DNA of 24,000 bases, from positions 1,677 to 25,676 of the forward strand of contig QMYR01000008.1 of NCBI GenBank assembly GCA_003662765.1, read 5' to 3'. The stretch comes from Candidatus Thorarchaeota archaeon. GTDB taxonomy: Archaea; Asgardarchaeota; Thorarchaeia; Thorarchaeales; Thorarchaeaceae. A program made the position numbers and the translations under genes. The notes beneath the pieces were generated by a model. That model saw only the letters and a list, made by a program, of their open reading frames with translations, searched no databases and was not told the origin of the DNA. Position 1 is the stretch's first letter. Every line of letters starts with the position of its first letter. Shown here one piece after another: positions 1 through 7,510 of the stretch.

Positions 1-144
1 TCACACAAGTACATCAAGGTGCGTGCGCTCCGAAGCTCGAGGGCGAACGCATCAAAAGAGGTACTGTTCAAAGAACTCTGCAGGCAGGCTGGAGCAACAC
101 TCGTAGGAGTTAGAGGCAATACTGCAGTCATCTATAAATTGTAG
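1..144 (+). CDS. 3' end of a YhbY/CRM-domain-like RNA-binding protein (gene begins upstream of the window)
   Basis: Frame 1 is open from base 1 to TAG at 142-144. The tail HKYIKVRALRSSRANASKEVLFKELCRQAGATLVGVRGNTAVIYKL resembles, from memory, the C-terminal half of YhbY/CRS1-type proteins (ELIKVK...ETGA..V..IG...VLYR). It is absent from the ORF track because no start codon lies in the window. Confidence 0.4.
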   Translation, partial: SHKYIKVRALRSSRANASKEVLFKELCRQAGATLVGVRGNTAVIYKL

Positions 145-171
145 TGCGATCAACACGTTACAACGATAATC

Positions 172-200
172 TTTTATGCGGACTCCCAAGTTGCGAGTCC
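172..200 (+). promoter_or_regulatory. TATA-like box (TTTTAT 172-177) followed by palindrome GGACTC-N9-GAGTCC (180-200), upstream of the S19e operon
   Basis: An A/T box is followed directly by GCGGACTCCCAAG. The same 13-mer, with one mismatch, follows a TATA-like box at 7216-7236. Confidence 0.3.
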
Positions 201-272
201 AGCCTTCTGAGGTGGGCTGCCCGCGCAGTTGATGTGCGGTGAGCCTTGCTGAATGAACATGGTGACTGACAA

Positions 273-725
273 ATGCCCACAATCTACGACATCCCGGCAA
301 ATATCTTCATCCGCCGTCTTGCCCAAGAGCTCAAGACGAGAAAAGAGATTCAGCCACCCGAGTGGGCTCCATTCGTCAAGACTGGCGCTCATAAGGAGAG
401 AGGCCCAGACAATCCAGACTGGTGGTATATTAGGTGTGCCAGCATTCTGAGGAAAGTGTACCTCAGAGGACCAATTGGGACTGAGCGCCTTAGGGTGGAG
501 TACGGTGGACGGAAGAGAAGGGGATGCAAACCGAACAGGTTTTACAAGGGCAGTGGAGCAATTGTCAGAACAGCACTACAACAGCTCGAGCGAGCTGGCT
601 TTGTGAAGCGGCGCGGGAACAAGGGACGAGAGCTGACAGATATCGGCCGGTCTTACTTGGACAAGCTGTCAGCTGTGATCAAACGAGAACTCGAGAAGGC
701 GATTCCTGAACTAAGCAAATACTGA
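273..725 (+). CDS. rps19e: 30S ribosomal protein S19e (eS19)
   Basis: 150 aa with ATG start and TGA stop. Typical eS19 sequence: PPEWAPFVKTGAHKERGPDNPDWWYIRCASILRKVY...GSGAIVRTALQQLE. It sits at the head of the conserved archaeal S19e-L39e-L31e-aIF6 cluster. Confidence 0.95.
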   Translation: MPTIYDIPANIFIRRLAQELKTRKEIQPPEWAPFVKTGAHKERGPDNPDWWYIRCASILRKVYLRGPIGTERLRVEYGGRKRRGCKPNRFYKGSGAIVRTALQQLERAGFVKRRGNKGRELTDIGRSYLDKLSAVIKRELEKAIPELSKY

Positions 726-734
726 GTCTACTGA

Positions 735-1076
735 GTGGTGAATCGTGTGAGCGAAGATGAGCTTGAGGCAATCCGCCAGCGGAAGCTTGCTGCCCTTAGA
801 GAGCAGGCTCTCCGCCAGCAAGCAGCCGAACAGAGGGCTGCGGAGGCGGAAGCTCAGAAGGAGGCCATCCTCAGGCAGATTCTCACACCAGAGGCGCGTG
901 CGCGACTGACCAATATCAAGATGGTTCGCCCGCAGTTCGCAGAGCAGATTGAACTGCAGCTCATCCAATTGGCCTCGGCAGGAAGACTCAGATCAAAGGT
1001 GACGGACGAACAGCTCAAGGCGCTCCTGCAGCAGATACGCGGTAGGGAGCGCGAACCGAAGATCACATTCAGATGA
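735..1076 (+). CDS. PDCD5/TFAR19-like DNA-binding protein (MTH1615 family)
   Basis: 113 aa with GTG start. It has a charged helical N-terminus and the family core [41 protein letters not shown]. It occupies the usual position between S19e and L39e. Confidence 0.85.
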   Translation: MVNRVSEDELEAIRQRKLAALREQALRQQAAEQRAAEAEAQKEAILRQILTPEARARLTNIKMVRPQFAEQIELQLIQLASAGRLRSKVTDEQLKALLQQIRGREREPKITFR

Positions 1077-1102
1077 ACGAGGTTGCTGCACGAGGTGAAG
1101 AG

Positions 1103-1258
1103 ATGGCAAGAAACAAGCCGTTGGGAAAGAAACTGAGGCTGGCAAAAGCCCTCAAGAGCAATAGCAGTGTCCCTACATGGGCAGTCATGAAGACTGGCGG
1201 AAAAGTCAGAAGAACACCCGCGCAGCGTCACTGGCGTCAGACAAAACTAAAGCCATAG
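1103..1258 (+). CDS. rpl39e: 50S ribosomal protein L39e (eL39)
   Basis: The track ORF starts at 1073. The internal ATG at 1103, preceded by GGTGA, gives the canonical 51-aa [51 protein letters not shown]. Confidence 0.9.
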   Translation: MARNKPLGKKLRLAKALKSNSSVPTWAVMKTGGKVRRTPAQRHWRQTKLKP

Positions 1259-1272
1259 CCAGGTGTACATAG

Positions 1273-1677
1273 ATGACTCCCGAGGAACAGCCAGAACTTG
1301 AGGGTGTTGAGGAGATCTCCGAAACCGAAGAGGTTGAAGAGGCAATAGAGGAAGAGGCCGAAGCGGAAGAGGAAGTCACTGAAGTTCCAACAGAGGCACC
1401 TCCTGAGGAAGAGGAGGAGATTGTTGACGAACGGATATACACGGTTCCGCTCCGCAAGGCCTACTGGACTGGTAGTAGATTGCGCAGGGCGAAGAGGGCG
1501 GTGAGAATCCTTAGGGAGTTCGTTGAGAGACACATGAAGCCAGAGGAGATTCACATCCAGCCCGAGGTCAACGAGAAGATCTGGTCGAGGGGAATCCAGA
1601 AGCCGCCACGAAGAATCCGAATTCGTGCAACCAAGAACTCGGAGAACCTTGTGCGTGTCTACTTGGCGGAGGGATAG
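1273..1677 (+). CDS. rpl31e: 50S ribosomal protein L31e (eL31) with ~50-aa acidic N-terminal extension
   Basis: The C-terminal ~80 aa (RIYTVPLRKAYWTGSRLRRAKRAVRILREFVERHMK...IWSRGIQKPPRRIRIRA) are typical eL31. The first ~53 aa are Glu-rich low complexity. The stop is TAG at 1675-1677. Confidence 0.9.
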   Translation: MTPEEQPELEGVEEISETEEVEEAIEEEAEAEEEVTEVPTEAPPEEEEEIVDERIYTVPLRKAYWTGSRLRRAKRAVRILREFVERHMKPEEIHIQPEVNEKIWSRGIQKPPRRIRIRATKNSENLVRVYLAEG

Positions 1678-1686
1678 CCTACGACA

Positions 1687-2349
1687 ATCGCCCGAACCGA
1701 CTTTGAGGGCGATTCGAATGTAGGAGCGTTTGCAATTGCCACAGACCGCTTTGTATTCGTGTCACCAAACATGTCTGAGAAGTCACTAGCCGTAATCAAG
1801 AAGACGTTCAACCTTCCGTTGGTCATGTCTACAGTAGCCACATTGGATGCAGTCGGGATTATGTCGTCAGCCAACTCGAATGGTATCATTGTACCATACA
1901 CTACCACGGACGAGGAATTGGCACAACTCAGGAAGAGCTCGGAGGTCCCCGTGGATTGGATTGATAGCAAGATGACGGCATTGGGAAACATTGTCCTCGC
2001 GAATGATAACGGCGCGATATGCCATTCGGAGTTCGACTCAGCTGCCCGACAGAAAATCTCGGATGTCTTGGATGTTGAGGTGGTGCCAGGAACCGTGGCG
2101 CGACTTCCAATCGTGGGCTCGAATACAATCGCAACAAACGTGGGAGCCGTTGTTCATCCCCTAGCCACAGAGGAGGAGATGGAGATGATAGCAGAGCTGT
2201 TAAAAGTGGACGTTGAGGCTGGAACCGTGAACCGCGGAAGTCCGTACACGAGACTCGGTGTCATTGCGAACACCGATGCGATGATAGTGGGCTCCGAAAC
2301 AACCGGTGTCGAGTTGGCACATATCTCACAGGTATTGGGACTGGTATAG
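1687..2349 (+). CDS. eif6: translation initiation factor 6 (aIF6); 5' boundary unresolved
   Basis: aIF6 family sequence runs throughout (TALGNIVLANDNGAICH, LPIVGSNTIATNVGAVVHP, GVIANTDAMIVGSETTGVEL). The first canonical start is GTG 1759 (ATG 1771). The conserved N-terminal strand IARTDFEGDSNVGAFAIATDRFVFV is encoded at 1687-1758 in the same frame, immediately after the L31e TAG. The only candidate starts there are ACG 1681, ACA 1684 and ATC 1687. Confidence 0.85.
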   Translation: MARTDFEGDSNVGAFAIATDRFVFVSPNMSEKSLAVIKKTFNLPLVMSTVATLDAVGIMSSANSNGIIVPYTTTDEELAQLRKSSEVPVDWIDSKMTALGNIVLANDNGAICHSEFDSAARQKISDVLDVEVVPGTVARLPIVGSNTIATNVGAVVHPLATEEEMEMIAELLKVDVEAGTVNRGSPYTRLGVIANTDAMIVGSETTGVELAHISQVLGLV

Positions 2350-2598
2350 GTGATGCAGATGAGTTCGAAAGTTTGGCGTGCGAAGGGAGAATATCAGAAG
2401 AACAAGAGGCGATTCACATTCAGTAGGGAGCTTCTGGCATTGAATGAGTCACAAGTTCGCGAGAGAATCCTCTCAGAACTTGGCAGCCGTCATCGTGTCA
2501 AACGGAGAAACATCGTGATCAGCGAAATTAGAGAGATCAAGCCAGAAGAAGTTCAGAGCCTTGAGTTAAGAAAGATGCTTGGTGTGGAGAGCGTGTGA
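2350..2598 (+). CDS. rplX: 50S ribosomal protein LX (L18Ae/eL20 family)
   Basis: 82 aa with GTG 2350 or ATG 2353. KVWRAKGEY...FSRELLALNESQVRERILSELGSRHRVKRRNIVISEIREI matches the LX pattern, and the gene lies in the conserved position after aIF6. Confidence 0.85.
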   Translation: MMQMSSKVWRAKGEYQKNKRRFTFSRELLALNESQVRERILSELGSRHRVKRRNIVISEIREIKPEEVQSLELRKMLGVESV

Positions 2599-2599
2599 G

Positions 2600-3034
2600 A
2601 TGAGCGCAGAGCAACAGCGTGCCCTGCAACAGCTCTCAGCAGAACAACAGATTGTGTCATCGAACATCGAGCTGATTAAGCAGCGAATGGAACTCACGCA
2701 AGCGTACATTCGGGACCAACGAACTGGCCTAAAGACTCTCGAAGAGCTGGAGAGCAGAGCTGCTGGAGAGGAGATTCTACTCCATGTCGGCGGCGGACTC
2801 TTGATTGAGGCAAAGATAACAGACCCGAACAAGGTGATCAGGGACATCGGCAGTGGTGTACGCGTGGAGTCCACGCTCACCGAGGCCAAGGAGAAGGCCA
2901 GTGAGATAATCAAGCGGCTGGAGGAGCAATACAACAACCTTGCAAAGGAGTTGGAGAAGCTCGGTGCTCACGCTGCAGACGTTGATGCTCGGTTGAGGCA
3001 GCTCCTTGCAGATATTCGGTCCGGGGAGAAGTGA
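2600..3034 (+). CDS. pfdA: prefoldin alpha subunit
   Basis: ATG 2600 lies one nt after the LX stop. The layout is coiled coil, beta hairpins (EILLHVGGGLLIEAKITDPNKVIRDIGSGVRVE), coiled coil. The gene lies in the conserved position before ftsY. Confidence 0.85.
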   Translation: MSAEQQRALQQLSAEQQIVSSNIELIKQRMELTQAYIRDQRTGLKTLEELESRAAGEEILLHVGGGLLIEAKITDPNKVIRDIGSGVRVESTLTEAKEKASEIIKRLEEQYNNLAKELEKLGAHAADVDARLRQLLADIRSGEK

Positions 3035-3948
3035 AGCCTGTGTTTGAGAAGCTTCGCGGAGCACTTGACACTGCAATCACAAAGGCGACCACAAAGGAAC
3101 TTAATGAGAAGAATCTTGCCGATGCCGTCTGGCAACTTCAGCTAGTCCTCATCCAGAACGATGTGGCTGTTGAAGTGGCCGAGAGAATATGTGACCTGAC
3201 CAAGCAGAAGATTCTTGGCAAGAGGACCGGCCGTTTCGAAAATGTAGTCAGACTGTTCAAGAGCGCAATCTACGAGTCCATTCTCGATGTATTGGCACCA
3301 GAACATCCTCTCGACGTAATTCAATATGTTGAGAAGAAGAGAGAATCGGGCGAGCCAACAGTAATCATGTTTGTGGGAGTCAATGGAACTGGGAAGACAA
3401 CGACTCTCGCGAAGATGGCGTATTTGCTAAAGAAAAACGGCTTCTCTGTCGTCGCAGCCGCAGCCGATACGTATCGTGCGGGAAGCATAGAACAGCTGGA
3501 GCAGCATGCTAGTCGCCTAGGAATCAGAGTAATAAAGCAGAGCTATGGGGCTGATGCCGCAGCCGTGGCGTACGACACGGTGGCACATGCACGAGCAAAG
3601 CGTACTGATGTAGTCCTGATAGATACAGCTGGGAGAATGCAGAGCAACAAGAACCTCTTGGCTGAGATGGCAAAGATTGCACGAGTCGCGGAACCGGATC
3701 TCAAGATCTTTGTCGGAGACGCACTCGCAGGAAACGACGCTCTCTCCCAAGCAAAGGAGTTTCACGATGCAATCAGCATTGACGGAGCAATTCTGACGAA
3801 GGTGGATGCTGATCCTTCAGGAGGCGCTGCTTTATCAATCGCCTTTGTGACAGGGAGTCCAATAGTCTACGTTGGTGTCGGGCAAGAATATGATGATCTT
3901 CAGCCCTTTGACCCTGAGTGGTTTGCCCGGCGGCTGGTTGGCGATTGA
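3031..3948 (+). CDS. ftsY: signal recognition particle receptor FtsY
   Basis: The GTG start overlaps the pfdA stop (GTGA). SRP-GTPase motifs are present: GVNGTGKTTT, DTAGR, TKVD, and GVGQEYDDL at the C-terminus. Confidence 0.95.
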   Translation: MKPVFEKLRGALDTAITKATTKELNEKNLADAVWQLQLVLIQNDVAVEVAERICDLTKQKILGKRTGRFENVVRLFKSAIYESILDVLAPEHPLDVIQYVEKKRESGEPTVIMFVGVNGTGKTTTLAKMAYLLKKNGFSVVAAAADTYRAGSIEQLEQHASRLGIRVIKQSYGADAAAVAYDTVAHARAKRTDVVLIDTAGRMQSNKNLLAEMAKIARVAEPDLKIFVGDALAGNDALSQAKEFHDAISIDGAILTKVDADPSGGAALSIAFVTGSPIVYVGVGQEYDDLQPFDPEWFARRLVGD

Positions 3949-3953
3949 GAGCC

Positions 3954-3990
3954 TGTGCATCTTCATAGATGCACATGGTGAGTTTTATTA
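3954..3990 (+). terminator. hairpin TGTGCATCT-TCAT-AGATGCACA (3954-3975) followed by a T-rich stretch
   Basis: A perfect 9-bp stem with a 4-nt loop begins 6 nt after the ftsY stop and is followed by GAGTTTTATTA. That T/A run could alternatively serve as the argF TATA box. Confidence 0.35.
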
Positions 3991-4039
3991 CACGGTACCT
4001 TTCAGTCTGCGTCTAACGACAGTCTGAGAGGTTACCGAG

Positions 4040-4963
4040 TTGAGTCTACGAGGTAGAAACTTCATTGACCTGTCGCACTTCGAGAGATACGAATTGCGCA
4101 GGATACTGGATACAGCACATGATCTGAAGCGTAAGCAGAAGAGAGGAGAGCCGCATGAGCTTCTAAAGGGCAAGTCCCTTGCCATGATTTTCATGAAGTC
4201 CTCAACACGGACAAGAGTTTCATTTGAAGTTGGCATGACACAACTTGGCGGCCATGCACTCTATCTTCAGCCTAGTGGAACCCAACTGGGCAGGGGCGAA
4301 ACAATCGGCGATACGGCGAAGGTGCTGAGCAGGTACTGTGACGCCATCATGGCTAGGGTCTATGGTCACAATGAGGTAGTGGAACTAGCGGAGCATGCCA
4401 CCGTCCCTGTGATCAACGGTCTCTCGGACTTACTTCACCCCTGTCAGATAATGGCTGACATGATGACGATCGAAGAACACAAGGGTTGTCTCAAGGGACT
4501 CAAGATAGCCTATGTGGGCGATTCCAACAACGTGAGCAATTCAATCATGCAGGGCTGCACGATTATGGGAATGAATGTGACAATTGGTTCTCCCAAGGGG
4601 TACACGCCAGTCCCGGAGATATTGAAACGCGCAACCGAGCTGAGCGAGCGCTATGACACGGCACTCGAAGTTGTGAATGACCCCTACGAGGCCGTGAAGA
4701 ATGCAGATGTGATATACACTGATACGTTCTTCAGCATGGGCCAAGAGAGAACGAAAGAAAAGGAAGAGGCGCTGATGCCATTCCAAGTGAATCAGGCACT
4801 TGTTGATGCGGCCAAGAAGGATGTCATAGTGATGCATTGCTTGCCGGCCCACAGGGGTGAGGAAATCACAGACGAGGTCATGGACGGACCTCATAGCGTC
4901 GTCTTTGATGAGGCTGAGAACAGGCTCCATGCTCAAAAGGCAATCCTCGCATTGATTGTATAG
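4040..4963 (+). CDS. argF: ornithine carbamoyltransferase
   Basis: 307 aa with TTG start. Motifs SSTRTRVSFE, HPCQIMAD, DTFFSMGQE and HCLPAHRGEE favour OTCase over ATCase. Confidence 0.9.
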   Translation: MSLRGRNFIDLSHFERYELRRILDTAHDLKRKQKRGEPHELLKGKSLAMIFMKSSTRTRVSFEVGMTQLGGHALYLQPSGTQLGRGETIGDTAKVLSRYCDAIMARVYGHNEVVELAEHATVPVINGLSDLLHPCQIMADMMTIEEHKGCLKGLKIAYVGDSNNVSNSIMQGCTIMGMNVTIGSPKGYTPVPEILKRATELSERYDTALEVVNDPYEAVKNADVIYTDTFFSMGQERTKEKEEALMPFQVNQALVDAAKKDVIVMHCLPAHRGEEITDEVMDGPHSVVFDEAENRLHAQKAILALIV

Positions 4964-4974
4964 GGGCATAGAGT

Positions 4975-5934
4975 ATGTCCGTAGAGGTCTTCTCAATAGG
5001 CAGAGTCAATATCGATGTTTGCCTCGGAGTTGATCGACTACCTGCATCTGAGGAACATCGTATTGCCAAAGATGGATGCATCTCAGCAGGAGGCTCGGCA
5101 GCGAACTTTGCTGCACAGATGGCGAGGCTGGGTGTCAAGACCGGCCTTATCAGTTGTATTGGAAACGACCTCTACGGGCAGACTATGCTTAGAGACCTCG
5201 GACGAGCTGGCGTTGACACAAGTACTGTACTAGTGCTCGACAAACAGCCAACGGGCATCTTCCTAAGCATCGTTGACGATGCTGGCAAGCGTAACGTCGT
5301 GGTTCAACCGGGTGCCAACAAGTTTCTTGAGAAGCACGTTCTCGATGAGAGTCTCCTTGTTCGCGCAAGCACGATACACATGGCTGGCGGGTTCCCGATG
5401 ATGACGGAGAGAGCCGCCGAGATCGCCACAGTCAACGGGATAGTGTTCTCCTTCGATCCTGGGCGCGCAGCATCGTCGGTAGACTTCAAGAGGGTGCTTC
5501 CTCAAACGGATCTGCTATTCATGAACGAACACGAGGTCAAGACCTACGCAGGCATAAATCCCAATGAGAGAGCTCTAAGAAGATTCGCGAAGACGTTTCC
5601 AGGAATACTCGTTGTCAAACTGGCTCAGAGAGGAGCGGTTGCAACAGACGGTTTCGAGTTCTGTAAATCAGAGGCTTTCAATGTCAAAGTGGTGGACACG
5701 CTAGGTGCGGGGGACGCATTCGCGGCAGGTTTTGTTGCAGCGTGGACACGATGTGAGAAGATAGAGCAGGCGCTTCACATGGCGAATGCTGTTGCTGCTC
5801 TGACAATACGAGAGCGTGGAGCACAAAACGGTCAACCGTCGCTCGACGAAACTGCCAAGTTCCTCTCCGACCACGGAATCTCAATAGATAATGTGCTGCG
5901 AACTTTCAGGCGAGGCAAGAAAAGAAGGAGATAG
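4975..5934 (+). CDS. PfkB-family carbohydrate/nucleoside kinase (ribokinase-like)
   Basis: 319 aa. An N-terminal GG dipeptide region (AGGSAANFA) and the C-terminal anion-hole motif DTLGAGDAFAAGF are present. The substrate is not inferable. The protein ends in a basic tail, RRGKKRRR. Confidence 0.85.
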   Translation: MSVEVFSIGRVNIDVCLGVDRLPASEEHRIAKDGCISAGGSAANFAAQMARLGVKTGLISCIGNDLYGQTMLRDLGRAGVDTSTVLVLDKQPTGIFLSIVDDAGKRNVVVQPGANKFLEKHVLDESLLVRASTIHMAGGFPMMTERAAEIATVNGIVFSFDPGRAASSVDFKRVLPQTDLLFMNEHEVKTYAGINPNERALRRFAKTFPGILVVKLAQRGAVATDGFEFCKSEAFNVKVVDTLGAGDAFAAGFVAAWTRCEKIEQALHMANAVAALTIRERGAQNGQPSLDETAKFLSDHGISIDNVLRTFRRGKKRRR

Positions 5935-6012
5935 TGCAGCCATATTACGTGGGTAGTATTCTACTTTTTGTTGGCAGAACACGTGAGCAATAGCTGTCGG
6001 AAGGTGTGACAG

Positions 6013-7188
6013 ATGCATCCGCTCCTAGAAGAGGTTCTTAGCAGCACAGCAAGCACAAGGGGGAACTTGAGTCCTCCGAGGACGGCAAGACGTAGAGGAA
6101 CAAAGAGCGAAACAACAGATGAGGAACTTGCAGGTCTGCTGGAGTCGGTCACTGCAAGGATACTTGTCGTAGGAGTCGGCGGTGCCGGCAACAATGCGAT
6201 TACAAGACTGATGGAGGTGGGGGTAGAAGGCGCCGAAACCCTTGCAGTCAATACTGATGCCCAAGACCTATACTACTGCAATGCCCATCACAAGCTGCTC
6301 CTCGGCAGGGAATGCTGCGGAGGACTGGGTGCAGGAAATGATCCGGATGTGGGAGAGGCTGCTGCAATCGAAACCTACGATGTGATCAAGGATATAGTTC
6401 AAGCAGACCTTGTGTTCATAACTGCCGGTATGGGCGGTGGAACCGGCACTGGGGCAGCACCACTGATTGCAAAGGCTGCACGTGAGAATGGGGCGCTGAC
6501 CGTGGCGATTGTCTGTCTTCCTTTCGAGGTTGAGGGCGCGACGAGGAAGAAGAATGCCACAAGGGGGCTCAATGCACTCATGGAACACGTCGACACTCTG
6601 ATTGCCATTCCGAACGAGAAGCTGCTAGAAATCGCACCTGACCTGTCACTGTCGGAGGCCTTCATGGTTGCAGATGAGGTATTGGTCAGGGCCGTGAAGG
6701 GAATCGCAGAATTGGTTTCTCGCCCGGGCCTAGTGAACCTCGACTTCGCGGATGTCAGAACCACGATGAGAAACGGAGGCGTTTCTATAATCGCGCTCGG
6801 CGAGGGACAGGGAGAGAACAGGGCTGAAGAGGCCGTTTATAATGCCCTTCAGAACCCGCTCATTGACGTGTCAATTGAGAATGCAAGAAACATTCTCATA
6901 AACGTGAGCGGCAGCGCAGACCTGCAGCTGGCCGAGGCTAAGAGAGTCGTGGAACTGGTCACCGAACAGGTCCATCCTGGAGCAGAGATTATCTACGGGG
7001 CGCTGATAGTGCCAGAGCTTGAGGATCGTCTCCGGGTCACAATCATTGCCTCTGGAGTGAGCTCACCGTATGTCTTCGACGCCGGGACAGAGTCTGTCGC
7101 CCCCCTAGCTGATGAACTCGGTGAACTGGAACAAGATGAGGGAGAGAGTGGGCACGGTTTCGATGAGCTGGGTATCGCACGTCTATAG
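6013..7188 (+). CDS. ftsZ: cell division GTPase FtsZ
   Basis: Motifs GVGGAGNNA, NTDAQDL and the tubulin signature GGGTGTGAAP are present, with an acidic C-terminal tail. GGAAGGTG lies upstream of the ATG. The position upstream of secE-spt5-L11 is conserved in many archaea. Confidence 0.95.
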   Translation: MHPLLEEVLSSTASTRGNLSPPRTARRRGTKSETTDEELAGLLESVTARILVVGVGGAGNNAITRLMEVGVEGAETLAVNTDAQDLYYCNAHHKLLLGRECCGGLGAGNDPDVGEAAAIETYDVIKDIVQADLVFITAGMGGGTGTGAAPLIAKAARENGALTVAIVCLPFEVEGATRKKNATRGLNALMEHVDTLIAIPNEKLLEIAPDLSLSEAFMVADEVLVRAVKGIAELVSRPGLVNLDFADVRTTMRNGGVSIIALGEGQGENRAEEAVYNALQNPLIDVSIENARNILINVSGSADLQLAEAKRVVELVTEQVHPGAEIIYGALIVPELEDRLRVTIIASGVSSPYVFDAGTESVAPLADELGELEQDEGESGHGFDELGIARL

Positions 7189-7215
7189 CCTCACGCGATG
7201 TGGCTACTCAGGAAG

Positions 7216-7251
7216 TATTAAAAGCGGACTGCCAAGATGCTCAGGCAGTCC
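7216..7251 (+). promoter_or_regulatory. TATA-like box (TATTAAAA 7216-7223) followed by palindrome GGACTGCC-N10-GGCAGTCC (7226-7251), upstream of secE-spt5
   Basis: A perfect 8-bp inverted repeat directly follows an A/T box. Its 5' arm, GCGGACTGCCAAG, recurs at 178-190. Confidence 0.35.
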
Positions 7252-7289
7252 TGTAGTCGTGCGCGAGAGCCGCAGGCAGGTTGATACTC

Positions 7290-7472
7290 ATGGGTGTGAG
7301 CCAGTTCATCAACGATAGTAGGAGAATCTTAAGGTTGGCCACCAAGCCCTCAAGAAAGGAGCTCTGGATGAGCACTAAGGTCAGCCTTCTCGCCATGGTA
7401 CTGGTAGGTATGCTTAGCTTTGTGGTCCAAGTAATAATGACCACCGTGACTGGTAACTGGTTTGGCTCATAG
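7290..7472 (+). CDS. secE: preprotein translocase subunit SecE (Sec61 gamma)
   Basis: ~60 aa. RRILRLATKPSRKELWMSTKV is followed by one TM helix (SLLAMVLVGMLSFVVQVIM). ATG is at 7290; the track uses TTG 7281. The gene lies in the conserved position before spt5. Confidence 0.8.
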   Translation: MGVSQFINDSRRILRLATKPSRKELWMSTKVSLLAMVLVGMLSFVVQVIMTTVTGNWFGS

Positions 7473-7510
7473 ATGCGCAAATACGTGGAGCAGAAGGGAG
7501 ATTGGACAAA

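Noticed and set aside
52-392. Minus-strand ORFs (82 aa and 72 aa) upstream of and overlapping the S19e start.
   Set aside because: They overlap both the S19e 5' end and the plus-strand YhbY-like 3' end, and they have no recognisable family features.
720-736. Tandem TACTGAGT-N-TACTGAGT at the S19e stop, giving two in-frame TGA codons and overlapping the GTG start of the next gene.
   Set aside because: It is only a 2 x 8 nt duplication. It is consistent with a back-up stop or chance and too short to support any claim.
1675-1677. TAG at the L31e/aIF6 junction as a pyrrolysine or otherwise genome-wide recoded codon.
   Set aside because: TAG terminates several well-delimited genes in this window at the expected protein ends (L39e 1256-1258, aIF6 2347-2349, FtsZ 7186-7188, Spt5 8165-8167), so it is an ordinary stop here. 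Local read-through remains only one of several options in the finding.
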